Source: Acidobacteriota bacterium (GTDB lineage: Bacteria > Acidobacteriota > Thermoanaerobaculia > UBA5066 > Gp7-AA6). From it: a stretch of 48,250 nt of DNA. The notes beneath the pieces are model-generated. The model did not search any database. It saw only the letters and a program-made list of their open reading frames with translations, and was not told the DNA's origin. Both the position numbers and the translations under genes were made by a program. The stretch covers positions 1 through 48,250 of the forward strand of contig JBKPDV010000141.1 in NCBI GenBank assembly GCA_046728075.1, in the 5' to 3' direction. Shown one piece after another: positions 28,139 through 37,351 of this stretch. Within the stretch, counting starts at the first letter, position 1; each line of letters opens with the position of its first letter.

Positions 28139-29764
28139 TCATTGGATCACCACCACCGACTTGTCGACGCAGTAGTAGGTGCAAAAGATCGAGTAGTCCA
28201 GGCAATAGTCAGGGCCGACGTACTTCCGGTTGGCGGTCTCCGGGCTCGTGATGGCGTTGCCGGAGGCATCCTTGTCCGTCGCAGGGGCCGGCCCGGGCTT
28301 ATTCGACCAGCGGCCATTGTCATCTAGTCGGTACCAGTGGTAGTCCATCTGGCTACAGCCGGGGCTCCCGGGGGCGATCACGAGCGCCACCAGGTGCGAG
28401 CAAGTGGCGCAGCGCTTTTCCTTCGCCTCGACGAGGCCGTCGGCCACGGCACCGCTTCCCGTGCCGGCGCAGGTGGTGGGCGGAAACACGCCATGAGCCT
28501 GGCCGGGTTGAGCGAAGGTGTCGGTCATGATGTCGGTCGAGTAGTTGTAGCAATTGTTGACCGGTTGGTGCGCGGGCGTGTTCCACAGGCCCGGGTTGTA
28601 AGTTGGCGCGCCGCTCGACGCCACGATGACGCTCGTCGAAGGGCTCGTGTTGCCGGCGACCACCTGCACGGCGGTCACCTTCTTTCCAGGCTGTAAGACG
28701 TAAGCATCACCGAGGCCGAGGGTGACGCAGCCGCCGTTGCCCGCACCTTCAGCGATCTTGGTTCCATCCATGGTGACCTGGACCGTGCTCAGGACAGCAG
28801 TGTCACAGACCGTGACGTACTTGCCGCCCTGGCACGTCGGCTTGACGGAAGGTGCCGGCGGATCCTTGAGCGGCGTGACGCTGCCGTCGGGCAGTGACTT
28901 GAGATCGCAGAGCGCCTGCATGGACGAGTACTTCCTGGCCGGGTCGATCGGAGGGCTGATCTTGAAGATGGTTGAGGTGTCGAGGGCCACGCCACCGCCG
29001 ACGGTGACGGGGCCGGTCCCGGGATCGGCAAAGATCCTGACAAGAGTGCCCGTCACCAGGTCCGTGAGGAGCACAGCGTCGCTTCCCCCCACGAGCGGCT
29101 TTCCGATTGTCGGCGTCGCGAGGCTGTTGGGCCGCGCGGCCACGGTCTCCTTGCCCGACCAGTCGCTCTTGAAGACCGGATCCCTGCAAAGCAACATCAT
29201 GGCGTCGTAAGCGTCGCCGGCCTTCAACGTCGGCACGCCGATGCGCGCAATGGTGTAAGGGGTCATCGTGTCCCAGGTGGACGAGGACGACGCGTTCTTG
29301 CGAAGAGTGACCGTGGCGCCCTGGACGACTCCATTCACGCGAACGACTTCCTGGCACTCGTAGAGCGGGGGCATCACGACGGGCATCGGGAGCTTCCCGC
29401 CAGGGGCGACGCTCGCCGTGATCGCGCTCACCGTCACGGGGTCGCGCGTCCTTTCACTGATCCGGTTGCCGACGATCTGGGCCGCCGTCACGACGTCCCC
29501 GGTATGAACAACGGAGGGCAGCTTGATGGTTCCCCACCCCATCCAGATCGGCACCTGGATCACCTGGGTTCCGTTGACGTAAACGGCGATTTTCGAGTCG
29601 CGGTCGGCCCCGGAAAACGCGATCGTCTGCGCGCAGTTGTAGATCGGCTTGTCGATGACCGGCGGCGAGAGGCTCGGGTCCAGCACCGGCCCGCAGCCCA
29701 CCGGAAGAAGAACGACGAGGACGGCAAACGGCGTGAGCACATGCCGCAAGAGTCTCGGGCTCAT
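28139..29764 (-). CDS. Lipoprotein with four tandem ~90-aa beta-rich repeats and a C-terminal Cys/His domain (putative papain-like enzyme)
   Basis: Lipobox-like LPVGC; repeats P.(I/V)..P....V; C-terminal NNCYNY, TFAQPG, DYHWYR and WSNKPG; RBS GGAGGAGGT. Confidence 0.8.
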   Translation of the reverse strand: MSPRLLRHVLTPFAVLVVLLPVGCGPVLDPSLSPPVIDKPIYNCAQTIAFSGADRDSKIAVYVNGTQVIQVPIWMGWGTIKLPSVVHTGDVVTAAQIVGNRISERTRDPVTVSAITASVAPGGKLPMPVVMPPLYECQEVVRVNGVVQGATVTLRKNASSSSTWDTMTPYTIARIGVPTLKAGDAYDAMMLLCRDPVFKSDWSGKETVAARPNSLATPTIGKPLVGGSDAVLLTDLVTGTLVRIFADPGTGPVTVGGGVALDTSTIFKISPPIDPARKYSSMQALCDLKSLPDGSVTPLKDPPAPSVKPTCQGGKYVTVCDTAVLSTVQVTMDGTKIAEGAGNGGCVTLGLGDAYVLQPGKKVTAVQVVAGNTSPSTSVIVASSGAPTYNPGLWNTPAHQPVNNCYNYSTDIMTDTFAQPGQAHGVFPPTTCAGTGSGAVADGLVEAKEKRCATCSHLVALVIAPGSPGCSQMDYHWYRLDDNGRWSNKPGPAPATDKDASGNAITSPETANRKYVGPDYCLDYSIFCTYYCVDKSVVVIQ

Positions 29765-29929
29765 GATCGTGACCTCCTCCGATTTTCGTTGATCTCTCTC
29801 GATCGCTGCGAATGGAGATCCCTCTCACCTAGATCGCAGGAGGCCTCCGAAAGGGCTAATCCGAATCGGAAAAACTCAAAACATTTTGAAACAGCGGCCT
29901 TATTCGGAGACGCCTCTGAGCCTGGCGCC

Positions 29930-32572
29930 TCAACGATCCCGCAGCGCCCGGACCGGATCGATCCTCGACGCGCGCCAGGCCGGCAAAAAGCACGCAGCGA
30001 GCGCGGCGGCCGCCATCACCACGAAGGCACAACCGAACACCATCGGGTCGTGCGGACTCACCTTGTAGAGGAGGTCTCCGAGCAGGCGCGTCGATCCCAG
30101 CGCCGCCGCCGCGCCGAGGAGGACGCCGGCGGCGGTCAGGACGAGGCCGTGTCTCATCACGAGCCGCAGGAGGTCCGAGGCTGCCGCGCCGAGCGCCATG
30201 CGCAGCCCCAGCTCGCGCGCGCTCTGCGACACCGCGTACGACATCACGCCATAGAGGCCGATGGTGGCGAGGACGAGCGCGAGGCCGCAGAAAATGCCGA
30301 CGAGCGTGAGGGCGACCGTCTGGGCACCGGACTTGCGATCGACCTGCTGCCGCATCGTCAGCACCTCCCCCGCCGCGAGGCCGGGATCGAGCGAGTGGAT
30401 CTCGCGCGAGAGCGCAGACGCCATTGCCCCGGGAGCCAGGCTCGTCCGGATGTGCAGGATCACGACGCCCGCGGGATTCTGGCGCAGCGGCACGTAGAAG
30501 AACGGCTTCGACGACTCCAGGAGGGACCCGTACTTGGACATCTTCGAGACGCCGACGACCTGCACGGCCCGACCCTTCAAGTGGAAGATCCGGCCGAGCG
30601 GATTCGAGCGAGGCCAATACTTCGCCGCCATCGCCTCGTTCACGACGGCCACGGGAGGCGCCGATTCGTCGTCCGCCCGAACGAACGGGCGCCCGGAGAC
30701 GAGCGGAATTCCCATCGTGGCGAAGAACTCCGGGCTGACTTCGTCATACTCCGGCGCCGGCTGCTCGGCTGCGCCCGCCACATAGCCCTCGATCACGATC
30801 GGAGCGGAGGAATAGGTCCGATAGCTAAAGGGCGTGATCCGCGCATAGGCCGCGCCCCGGACGCCGCCGATCGCCTGGACGCGGTCGAGGAGCTCGTCCT
30901 GAAAGGCTCTCTTGCGCGGCACGTCGTAGCCGGCGGAGGAGAGATCGATCGCCGAGATCAGAACGTTCTCGGTCGAAAAGCCGGGGCTCGCGGACCGCAT
31001 CCTCTGCAGACTCTTGACGAGCAGGCCGGCCCCCACGAGAAGCAGAAAGGAAAGCGCCACCTGGAGGAGCACCAGAGCCGAGCGGAGACGCGTTCGTCCG
31101 CGTCCCCCGACGACGCCGCCCGATTCCGACTTGATCGAGGACGCGAGGTCGATCTTGCTCGCCGGAATCGCGGGGACCAGGCCGAACAGAAGCGTCGTGG
31201 CCAGGCAGTCGCCCCCACTGATGGCGAGCACGCGCCAGTCGATTGATGCCGGAAGATAGAGCGGAACTCCGCGCGGCGGAAGCACCCGAGCGAGGAGGTT
31301 GCGGCATCCGTACGCCACGGCGAGGCCGCCCGCCGCGGCCATGGCGGAAAGGATGAGACTCTCCGTGACCAGCTGGCTCACGAGGCGGACGCGTCCGGCG
31401 CCCACCGAAAGACGAATTGTCATTTCCTGCCGACGCGCGAACGAACGAACGAGCAGGAGATTGCTGACATTCGCGCAAGCGATCAAGAGCACGAAAAAGG
31501 CCACGACGAGCGCGATCCGGAGCGTCGAGAAGAGCGCTCCCGCGTTGTTGAACGGAGTTTTCCACAGCGGAAACAGCTCCACGCTCTGGCCCTTGTTCGT
31601 CTCGGGATATTGCAGCTCCAACCGTTTCGCGGCGGCCGAGATCTCGGCCTGCGCCTGCGCGCGCGTCACGCCGGGCTTCAACTTCGCATAGCTCTCGATC
31701 CAGCGGGCGCCCCGGTCTTCGAGCTTGTAGCCGCCCAGGTCGAACGTCTCCTGCATCGACGCCGGGACCCAGAACTGCATCGCGTAGCCCACGAACGTGC
31801 CGTTGAAACCCTCTGGAGCCACGCCGATGATCGCGTGCGGCACCCCGTTCATCAGCTGCGTTTTTCCAAGAATTCCGGGGTCGCCGTGGAAGCGTTCCGT
31901 CCACATCTTGTAACTGATCACGACGACGGGGTGGGCGTTGCGGCCCGACTCTTCGGCGGCCTCGAACCCGCGCCCGAGAATGGGGCGCACGCCGATCGCC
32001 TCGAAGTAGTTCGCCGACACGATCTGGCCGCTCACGCGCTCGGCCCGGTCGCCGACGGCCAATGTCGAGCCGGTGATCTTGTCCACCGTGAAAGATTCGA
32101 AGTGGCCCGAGCTCCGGCGCAGATCCAAAAAATCGGGCCACGAGAGAGCTCCGTATTCGCCCCCCGTCTTGCCGGCGAGAGCGACCATCCGGTCCTGGTC
32201 GGCGACGAGAGCGTAGGGGCGCAAAAGAATCCCTTCGATCCAGCTGAAGACCGCCGCGTTGGCGCCGATCCCCAGCGTCAGACAGAAAATCGCCAGGATC
32301 GTGAAACCCGGGCTGCGCCAGAGCATCCGCAGGCCGAACCGGAGATCCTGCGCGACCTGCTCGAGCCAGAGGAGTCCCCACATCTCCCGCGTGATCTGCT
32401 TGATCAGGCCCATATTGCCGAATTCCCGGCGCGCGTTCGCGGCCGCGTCCGCCGGCGACTCGCCGCGCGCGACCCGCTCGGCCTCGGCCATGCGCAGATG
32501 CGCGGCCAGCTCCTCATCCAGCTCCTCCTCGCGGCGTCTGCGGCCCGACGGCAGAAGCGCCGAGAGCTTCAC
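29930..32572 (-). CDS. Duplicated MacB/FtsX-type ABC permease (ADOP-like)
   Basis: EELDEELAAHL, QDLRFGLRML, LLIACANVSNLLL, GLYGVMSY.V.Q..RELGLRMALGA and DPVRALR motifs; GTG start at 32572 overlaps the PadR stop. Confidence 0.93.
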   Translation of the reverse strand: MKLSALLPSGRRRREEELDEELAAHLRMAEAERVARGESPADAAANARREFGNMGLIKQITREMWGLLWLEQVAQDLRFGLRMLWRSPGFTILAIFCLTLGIGANAAVFSWIEGILLRPYALVADQDRMVALAGKTGGEYGALSWPDFLDLRRSSGHFESFTVDKITGSTLAVGDRAERVSGQIVSANYFEAIGVRPILGRGFEAAEESGRNAHPVVVISYKMWTERFHGDPGILGKTQLMNGVPHAIIGVAPEGFNGTFVGYAMQFWVPASMQETFDLGGYKLEDRGARWIESYAKLKPGVTRAQAQAEISAAAKRLELQYPETNKGQSVELFPLWKTPFNNAGALFSTLRIALVVAFFVLLIACANVSNLLLVRSFARRQEMTIRLSVGAGRVRLVSQLVTESLILSAMAAAGGLAVAYGCRNLLARVLPPRGVPLYLPASIDWRVLAISGGDCLATTLLFGLVPAIPASKIDLASSIKSESGGVVGGRGRTRLRSALVLLQVALSFLLLVGAGLLVKSLQRMRSASPGFSTENVLISAIDLSSAGYDVPRKRAFQDELLDRVQAIGGVRGAAYARITPFSYRTYSSAPIVIEGYVAGAAEQPAPEYDEVSPEFFATMGIPLVSGRPFVRADDESAPPVAVVNEAMAAKYWPRSNPLGRIFHLKGRAVQVVGVSKMSKYGSLLESSKPFFYVPLRQNPAGVVILHIRTSLAPGAMASALSREIHSLDPGLAAGEVLTMRQQVDRKSGAQTVALTLVGIFCGLALVLATIGLYGVMSYAVSQSARELGLRMALGAAASDLLRLVMRHGLVLTAAGVLLGAAAALGSTRLLGDLLYKVSPHDPMVFGCAFVVMAAAALAACFLPAWRASRIDPVRALRDR

Positions 32573-32931
32573 GGCTCGCTCTCCGCCGGAGGCACCATGA
32601 GCCCGGCAATCGCGACGGCGAGCTGGTCCCATTTCGAACGCTCTGCGGCCAGCTGCCTGCGGCCGGCGGCCGTCAGCCGATAGACGCGCACGCGCTGGCT
32701 GTTCTCGGAAACCTCCCAGTCCGCGGCGACCGCGCCCTGGCGCTCGAGACGGTGCAGTGCGGGATAGAGCGAGCCCGTGTCGACCTGCAAAACGTCCCGC
32801 GAGCCGGCGCGAATCATCTGCGCGATTCCATACCCGTGGCGCGGCCCCCAGCGCAGGGTCTGCAGGATGATCAGATCGAGCGTGCCCTGCAGGATTTCGA
32901 TTCGCGTGACCGGCAGGTCCTTTTTCGTCAT
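32569..32931 (-). CDS. PadR-family transcriptional regulator (acidobacterial type)
   Basis: LQGTLDLIIL..L..GPRHGYGIA and GSLYPALHRLE motifs. Confidence 0.93.
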   Translation of the reverse strand: MTKKDLPVTRIEILQGTLDLIILQTLRWGPRHGYGIAQMIRAGSRDVLQVDTGSLYPALHRLERQGAVAADWEVSENSQRVRVYRLTAAGRRQLAAERSKWDQLAVAIAGLMVPPAESEP

Positions 32932-32947
32932 CGGACGCTCACATGCA

Positions 32948-32986
32948 TGTAGGCATCCTACAGCCTAAGGAGGTAGGGTGTCTACA
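32948..32986. promoter_or_regulatory. Tandem palindromic operators upstream of padR
   Basis: TGTAGG-CAT-CCTACA (32948-32962) and GGTAGG-GTG-TCTACA (32972-32986). Confidence 0.7.
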
Positions 32987-33049
32987 TGCTTGGCGTGTGG
33001 CCCACTATTTCAGAGCCCGTCGACGCCACGGCTCACTCCCACACGCCCG

Positions 33050-33973
33050 TCACGCCAGCAAGGGACAGTCGGGAGGCAGCTTCATCCGCAGTCTCTGCGG
33101 CAGGAGTTCGAACCGGAACCGCGTGCCCGTGATCGGCTCGCCGTCCAGGTTGATCTGAAGGACTTCGTCGGTCTCGACTTCGAGCTGCGCCACGCGGGCG
33201 CTGACGACAGTGCGGTGGACGGCCGCGCGCCCTTCTCGCAACAGGCCGCGAAGCTCGTGAGCCAACTCGTCGTTCGGCAGCTTCGGCAAAACGCTCACGT
33301 CAAAGAGCCCATCGTTCAACAGCGCCTCCGGGCAAAGCTGGTGGCCTCCGCCGGCCTGCCGGCCGTTCCCGACGGCCAGGACGAGGAAAGGCCCTTCCCA
33401 CGCGAAGCCGGGTCCGGTCAGTCGTCCGTGCTCCGGGCGGATGCTGGTGAAATGGGTCAGTCCGGTCAGCAGATAGGCGGCGCCGCCGAGGAGCTTCTTC
33501 AGCTCGGGGGGCGTAGCGACCGTCACTTGAGAGCCGAACCCTCCAGTGGCCACGTTCAGCAGGCAGTGTCCGTTGACGCTCCCGACATCGACTCTGACTG
33601 AAGGCTCGGACACCGCGAGGCGCAGGGCTTCCGAGGGGTCGAGACTGATGCGGCAGGCACGCGCCAGGTCATTGGCGGTGCCGAGCGGCAGGATGGCCAG
33701 GCTGGGCGAAAGTTTCGTCTCATCCGCACGGTCCACCAGTCCCGCCACGACCTGGTTGATGGTCCCGTCCCCGCCTCCGGCAATCACGACTTCAAATCCT
33801 TCATTCGCCGCTTGGCGGGCGAAGCGTTCCGCGTCGCCGCCTTCCCATGTCACGCGGACGTCGACCTGGATTCCCTCATCGCGAACGGCACGCACCGCCG
33901 CGCGCACGTCTTCGCGCATGGCGGCCTTGCCGTGCAACACCAGACAGGCCGATTGGGCAACCTTCATATTCAT
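33050..33973 (-). CDS. yegS: Lipid kinase YegS
   Basis: VRVTWEGGDA.R, GGGDGTINQV, PLGTANDLA and GNGRQAGGG motifs. Confidence 0.88.
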   Translation of the reverse strand: MNMKVAQSACLVLHGKAAMREDVRAAVRAVRDEGIQVDVRVTWEGGDAERFARQAANEGFEVVIAGGGDGTINQVVAGLVDRADETKLSPSLAILPLGTANDLARACRISLDPSEALRLAVSEPSVRVDVGSVNGHCLLNVATGGFGSQVTVATPPELKKLLGGAAYLLTGLTHFTSIRPEHGRLTGPGFAWEGPFLVLAVGNGRQAGGGHQLCPEALLNDGLFDVSVLPKLPNDELAHELRGLLREGRAAVHRTVVSARVAQLEVETDEVLQINLDGEPITGTRFRFELLPQRLRMKLPPDCPLLA

Positions 33974-33977
33974 CTCA

Positions 33978-34502
33978 CTACCGCGTCGCCGCCAGCGCAG
34001 TTTTTTCTTCGGTCTCCGCCAGCGGCCAGATTCTCGACATGAGAAAGCTGACCAGAAGACCCACGAAGCAGCCGAGGAGGACCTCCGCGACTTTGCGCAG
34101 ACCGTGCTCGACGCCGGTCAGCCGGGAATGCTGCGTCAGGCTTCCTGCAATGACGATGGCCGTGGTGATAGGCGCCTGCCGCCACATCGTTTGAACACGG
34201 ACGACATAGGAGGAGACGAGCACCGCCACCGAGAGCGCCAAGGGGAGCTTCCAGGCGCTCGAGCCTCCCACCAGCAGGAAGGCGAGCCCGATGAGACAGC
34301 CGATCAGCACGTTGATGAGACGGCTCTTGACCATGCGCTCCGCCTCCTTCACCTGCGGATCGCTCGAGGCGATCATCGAGGCGATCGCCCAGATCGGGTT
34401 CGTCTCCCCGATCCGCACCACCAGGATCCAGAGCGCGGTCGTGCCGATGAACACGTTGACGGCGAACCGAACGCCGAGCAGATCGTCTCTTTGGAAGCGC
34501 AC
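33978..34502 (-). CDS. FUSC / aromatic acid exporter-like membrane protein
   Basis: PIWAIAS and SRLINVLIG motifs; multiple TM segments; GTG start overlaps the upstream TAG. Confidence 0.75.
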   Translation of the reverse strand: MRFQRDDLLGVRFAVNVFIGTTALWILVVRIGETNPIWAIASMIASSDPQVKEAERMVKSRLINVLIGCLIGLAFLLVGGSSAWKLPLALSVAVLVSSYVVRVQTMWRQAPITTAIVIAGSLTQHSRLTGVEHGLRKVAEVLLGCFVGLLVSFLMSRIWPLAETEEKTALAATR

Positions 34503-35449
34503 TATTCATGCGCCTTCGGGGGATTCCCCCTCAAGTGATAGACGACTCCGGTCTTCGTGGCGCCCAATGCGATCCAGTCCTTCGCGGCTTGCTGGAGAGA
34601 CAGGAAAAATGCCTCGGCCCGCTTCCGCGTTCTTTCCTTGACGTCCTCGCTCTTCTTGAACTTGATCTGAAACGCGAACTCTCCGATCAGAGGACGGTGG
34701 TCGCCTCGCGCCCGCCACAGCGCCACATTCGCGACGGCCGTAATGCCCTTGCCGAAGTCCAGAATGCCGATGTCCTGCAGGATCTCCTCGACGATCGTCC
34801 CCGCGACGAGCTCGACCCTCTCACCCGGAGATCTCTTGAGCTTGTCGAGCGCGGGAAGCACGGAGACGATGTAGCCCAGGGACGTGCGGTCGTCGCCGAC
34901 CACCTGACTCAGGCCGACCTGAAGGTTGTGGGAGAAGAGAAGCCGAATCCCCCCGAGCGAGTCCTTGAGAGGGAGAGCTTCGGCCTTGAACTTGATCCGA
35001 TAATCTCCGGGGATCCGGGGCCGCACGTCCATCTCGGCGACCTTCTGCAGGTTGGGATGCCGGAATTTGAAGACGATCTCGGGATCGCCCGTCGGGAAAC
35101 CGTCCTCGTATGGGATGCGGCGCCGGAGAATGAAGGCGTTGTTGTAGAGACGGAAGTCGGCGGTATCGAGGAAAATAATCTCGCGAATCTTGAGCGGCTC
35201 ATCGGGGAAACCCTTGTTCAAGAACCCGACGCCGCTTTCCTCGGCCGGACCTTCCAGGACCTTGCCGAAGGCGAAGAGACGCTTCCGTGAGGTGAAGCGG
35301 TTCGGCTTCAGGACGAGCTTGCACTCGAGATACTGGATCTCGTCGAGCGGAAGGCCGTCGGTATATCTGCCCGGCTTTAAGCCGGGAACCTGCCATTCCT
35401 TCGGGTCCGCGTTTCTTGCTCCTGCCTTCCGAGAAGTCTGTTTTGCCAT
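34502..35449 (-). CDS. Hypothetical protein, CYTH/triphosphate-tunnel-like
   Basis: YLECKL, FLDTADFRL....ILRRR and C-terminal TKT motifs; RBS GAGGAGAGG before ATG 35449. Confidence 0.65.
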   Translation of the reverse strand: MAKQTSRKAGARNADPKEWQVPGLKPGRYTDGLPLDEIQYLECKLVLKPNRFTSRKRLFAFGKVLEGPAEESGVGFLNKGFPDEPLKIREIIFLDTADFRLYNNAFILRRRIPYEDGFPTGDPEIVFKFRHPNLQKVAEMDVRPRIPGDYRIKFKAEALPLKDSLGGIRLLFSHNLQVGLSQVVGDDRTSLGYIVSVLPALDKLKRSPGERVELVAGTIVEEILQDIGILDFGKGITAVANVALWRARGDHRPLIGEFAFQIKFKKSEDVKERTRKRAEAFFLSLQQAAKDWIALGATKTGVVYHLRGNPPKAHE

Positions 35450-35529
35450 TCCTCTCCTCAACAGAATCCGATTCGATCGGAAATGACCGCGCCAGCCGGC
35501 GGGGGCCCGATTTCCCTCCCCGGCCCAGC

Positions 35530-35754
35530 TCAGAAGTGCCAGGGCAAGCGCGATGACAACGGGCCACCGGTTCTGTGCGGCGAGGACGCGATGATGCTGG
35601 CGTTCTTGCTCCGCTCGATGACAAAGAGGTGCGCGGGACAAGAGTCCCCGCCCGAACCGGCCGTTTCGGCGAGAGCGGGCAGGGCGATCGCCAAAAGCGC
35701 CGATACCGAGTCGAGGAGAAGACCGCACACGCCGCGCCTACGATCGACGGTCAC
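35530..35754 (-). pseudogene. Truncated DUF4833-like gene remnant
   Basis: RBS GGAGGT, GTG start, signal-like stretch, then HLFVIERSKNASII (resembles the DUF4833 N-terminal motif); stop after 74 aa. Confidence 0.5.
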
Positions 35755-35786
35755 GGCGTGGTCACCTCCGACGTTGCTTCCTGCCT

Positions 35787-36350
35787 CTACGCCAGTCGTG
35801 TCGCGGCCTTCGCCTGCGAGACGTAGCCCTTGATCTTGAACGCGACCGTCAACATCATGATGCCGAAAAGAATCGCGTAGGCGCCGATCAGCCAGATGAT
35901 CGAAAGAGCTCCCGCGTTCGGCATCAGGATCACGAGCACACCGAAGACGACCGACAGAGCGCCGCTCAAGATGAGCACCCACTCGTTGCTCAGTGCCTGG
36001 CGAAGCCTGATCGCAACCACGATCTCGAAGATCCCCGTCAGAACCGCCCAGGCGGCGATGACCGCGAGCAGGGAGATTGCCGTGATGCCAGGATAGAAGA
36101 ATGTCACCAGGCCGGCCGCAACGCCGAGCAGTCCGAGCAGGACGAGCGTCCCGATGCCGGGAGTCCCCTTGGGCGCGCGGATCGCCAGGCCGAGCGTGAA
36201 GATCCCGTTCACCAAAGCGTAGGCGCCGAAGAGAATCACAAGCACCTGAGCCGTCATGCCCGGGTAGACAAACGCCAGTACCCCAAAGAGCACGGCCGCT
36301 ACGCCGCGCAGGACCAGAAGCCACCAGCCACCCTTGAGTGTTTCCAGCAT
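35787..36350 (-). CDS. HdeD/DUF308 family membrane protein
   Basis: WWLLVLRG..AVLFG.LA...PG; about 6 TM segments. Confidence 0.9.
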   Translation of the reverse strand: MLETLKGGWWLLVLRGVAAVLFGVLAFVYPGMTAQVLVILFGAYALVNGIFTLGLAIRAPKGTPGIGTLVLLGLLGVAAGLVTFFYPGITAISLLAVIAAWAVLTGIFEIVVAIRLRQALSNEWVLILSGALSVVFGVLVILMPNAGALSIIWLIGAYAILFGIMMLTVAFKIKGYVSQAKAATRLA

Positions 36351-36435
36351 GCCCTTCTCCTTTCGATACCTCTAAAACTTGCCGGAGAACGTTTCCGGCC
36401 GCCCGCAACGGCGTACCGGTCACGTCTCGTCGTCC

Positions 36436-37260
36436 TCAGCGCAAGAACACTATCGGGGTCTTCTTATCGACGGAAAACGGGGTTGCCGATTCGGGGTTGG
36501 AGTCGAAGCGGCCGAAGACGGAGGGATCGCCGCGGAAGTGCCGCTCGAGCGCGTTGACGCGATTCTGGTCGTTGGGATGATCCGACAAGAGCTGTGGAAT
36601 CTCCTTGGTCCTCGCGTTCTTGAAGTCCTGGAACAGCCACACCAATCCCCAAGGGTTGGACTCGGCGGCGGCACAGATGTCCGAGCCGGTCAAGTCCGCG
36701 CGCGACTCCGCCTCGCGCGAATAACCGAGAGAGTTGAGCTCGCCCAGGAGATAGATCGCCAGCAGATGCGCCCGGGTCGGTCCGAGCAGAATCGCCGCTC
36801 CCACCTCTCTTTCCTCAATCTTCTTCCGCTTCTGGAGAAGCGTCATCGAATCGTGGTGGATCGTGTGGGCCACCTCGTGGCACAGGGTGCCCGCCAGCTG
36901 CTCCTTGTTCTTCACGAAGTAGAGCAGGGAATCCACGACATAGATGTTTCCGCCCGGGGTCGCGAACGCGTTGGGCTGCTTCTCGTGAACGATGTAGACA
37001 TGGAAGGGATGGTCGTACCGTGGCTGCGCGGCCCGCATGATCGGCTCGATAACCGGCATCAGGGCGTCATAGAGGGGCGAAGATTCGATGATCTCGCCCT
37101 TCGCCTTCAGCTCGTTGAAGACCTCCTTGCCGATCGCTAATTCAGGATCCTGAGGCTTCTGTTCGAGATCTGCCGGCGTCGCCGCACGCAATGCCGGCAT
37201 GAGACACGCCAGCGCGACGCCGGCGATAACCAACGCTCGGAGGTATTTGGCTGCGTACAT
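36436..37260 (-). CDS. Secreted M48 family metallopeptidase
   Basis: PNAFATPGG, HEVAH, YSREAESRAD and SDHP...R motifs; ATG 37260 followed by a signal peptide. Confidence 0.9.
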   Translation of the reverse strand: MYAAKYLRALVIAGVALACLMPALRAATPADLEQKPQDPELAIGKEVFNELKAKGEIIESSPLYDALMPVIEPIMRAAQPRYDHPFHVYIVHEKQPNAFATPGGNIYVVDSLLYFVKNKEQLAGTLCHEVAHTIHHDSMTLLQKRKKIEEREVGAAILLGPTRAHLLAIYLLGELNSLGYSREAESRADLTGSDICAAAESNPWGLVWLFQDFKNARTKEIPQLLSDHPNDQNRVNALERHFRGDPSVFGRFDSNPESATPFSVDKKTPIVFLR

Positions 37261-37351
37261 GTCGTTGTCGCCCCCTTTCGAGGTTTTGAAACGTGAGGCT
37301 TCGGCGAGACGTGGCTGTCGAGCCGTCGTCTCGCCGTCGCCCCTTTTCACG

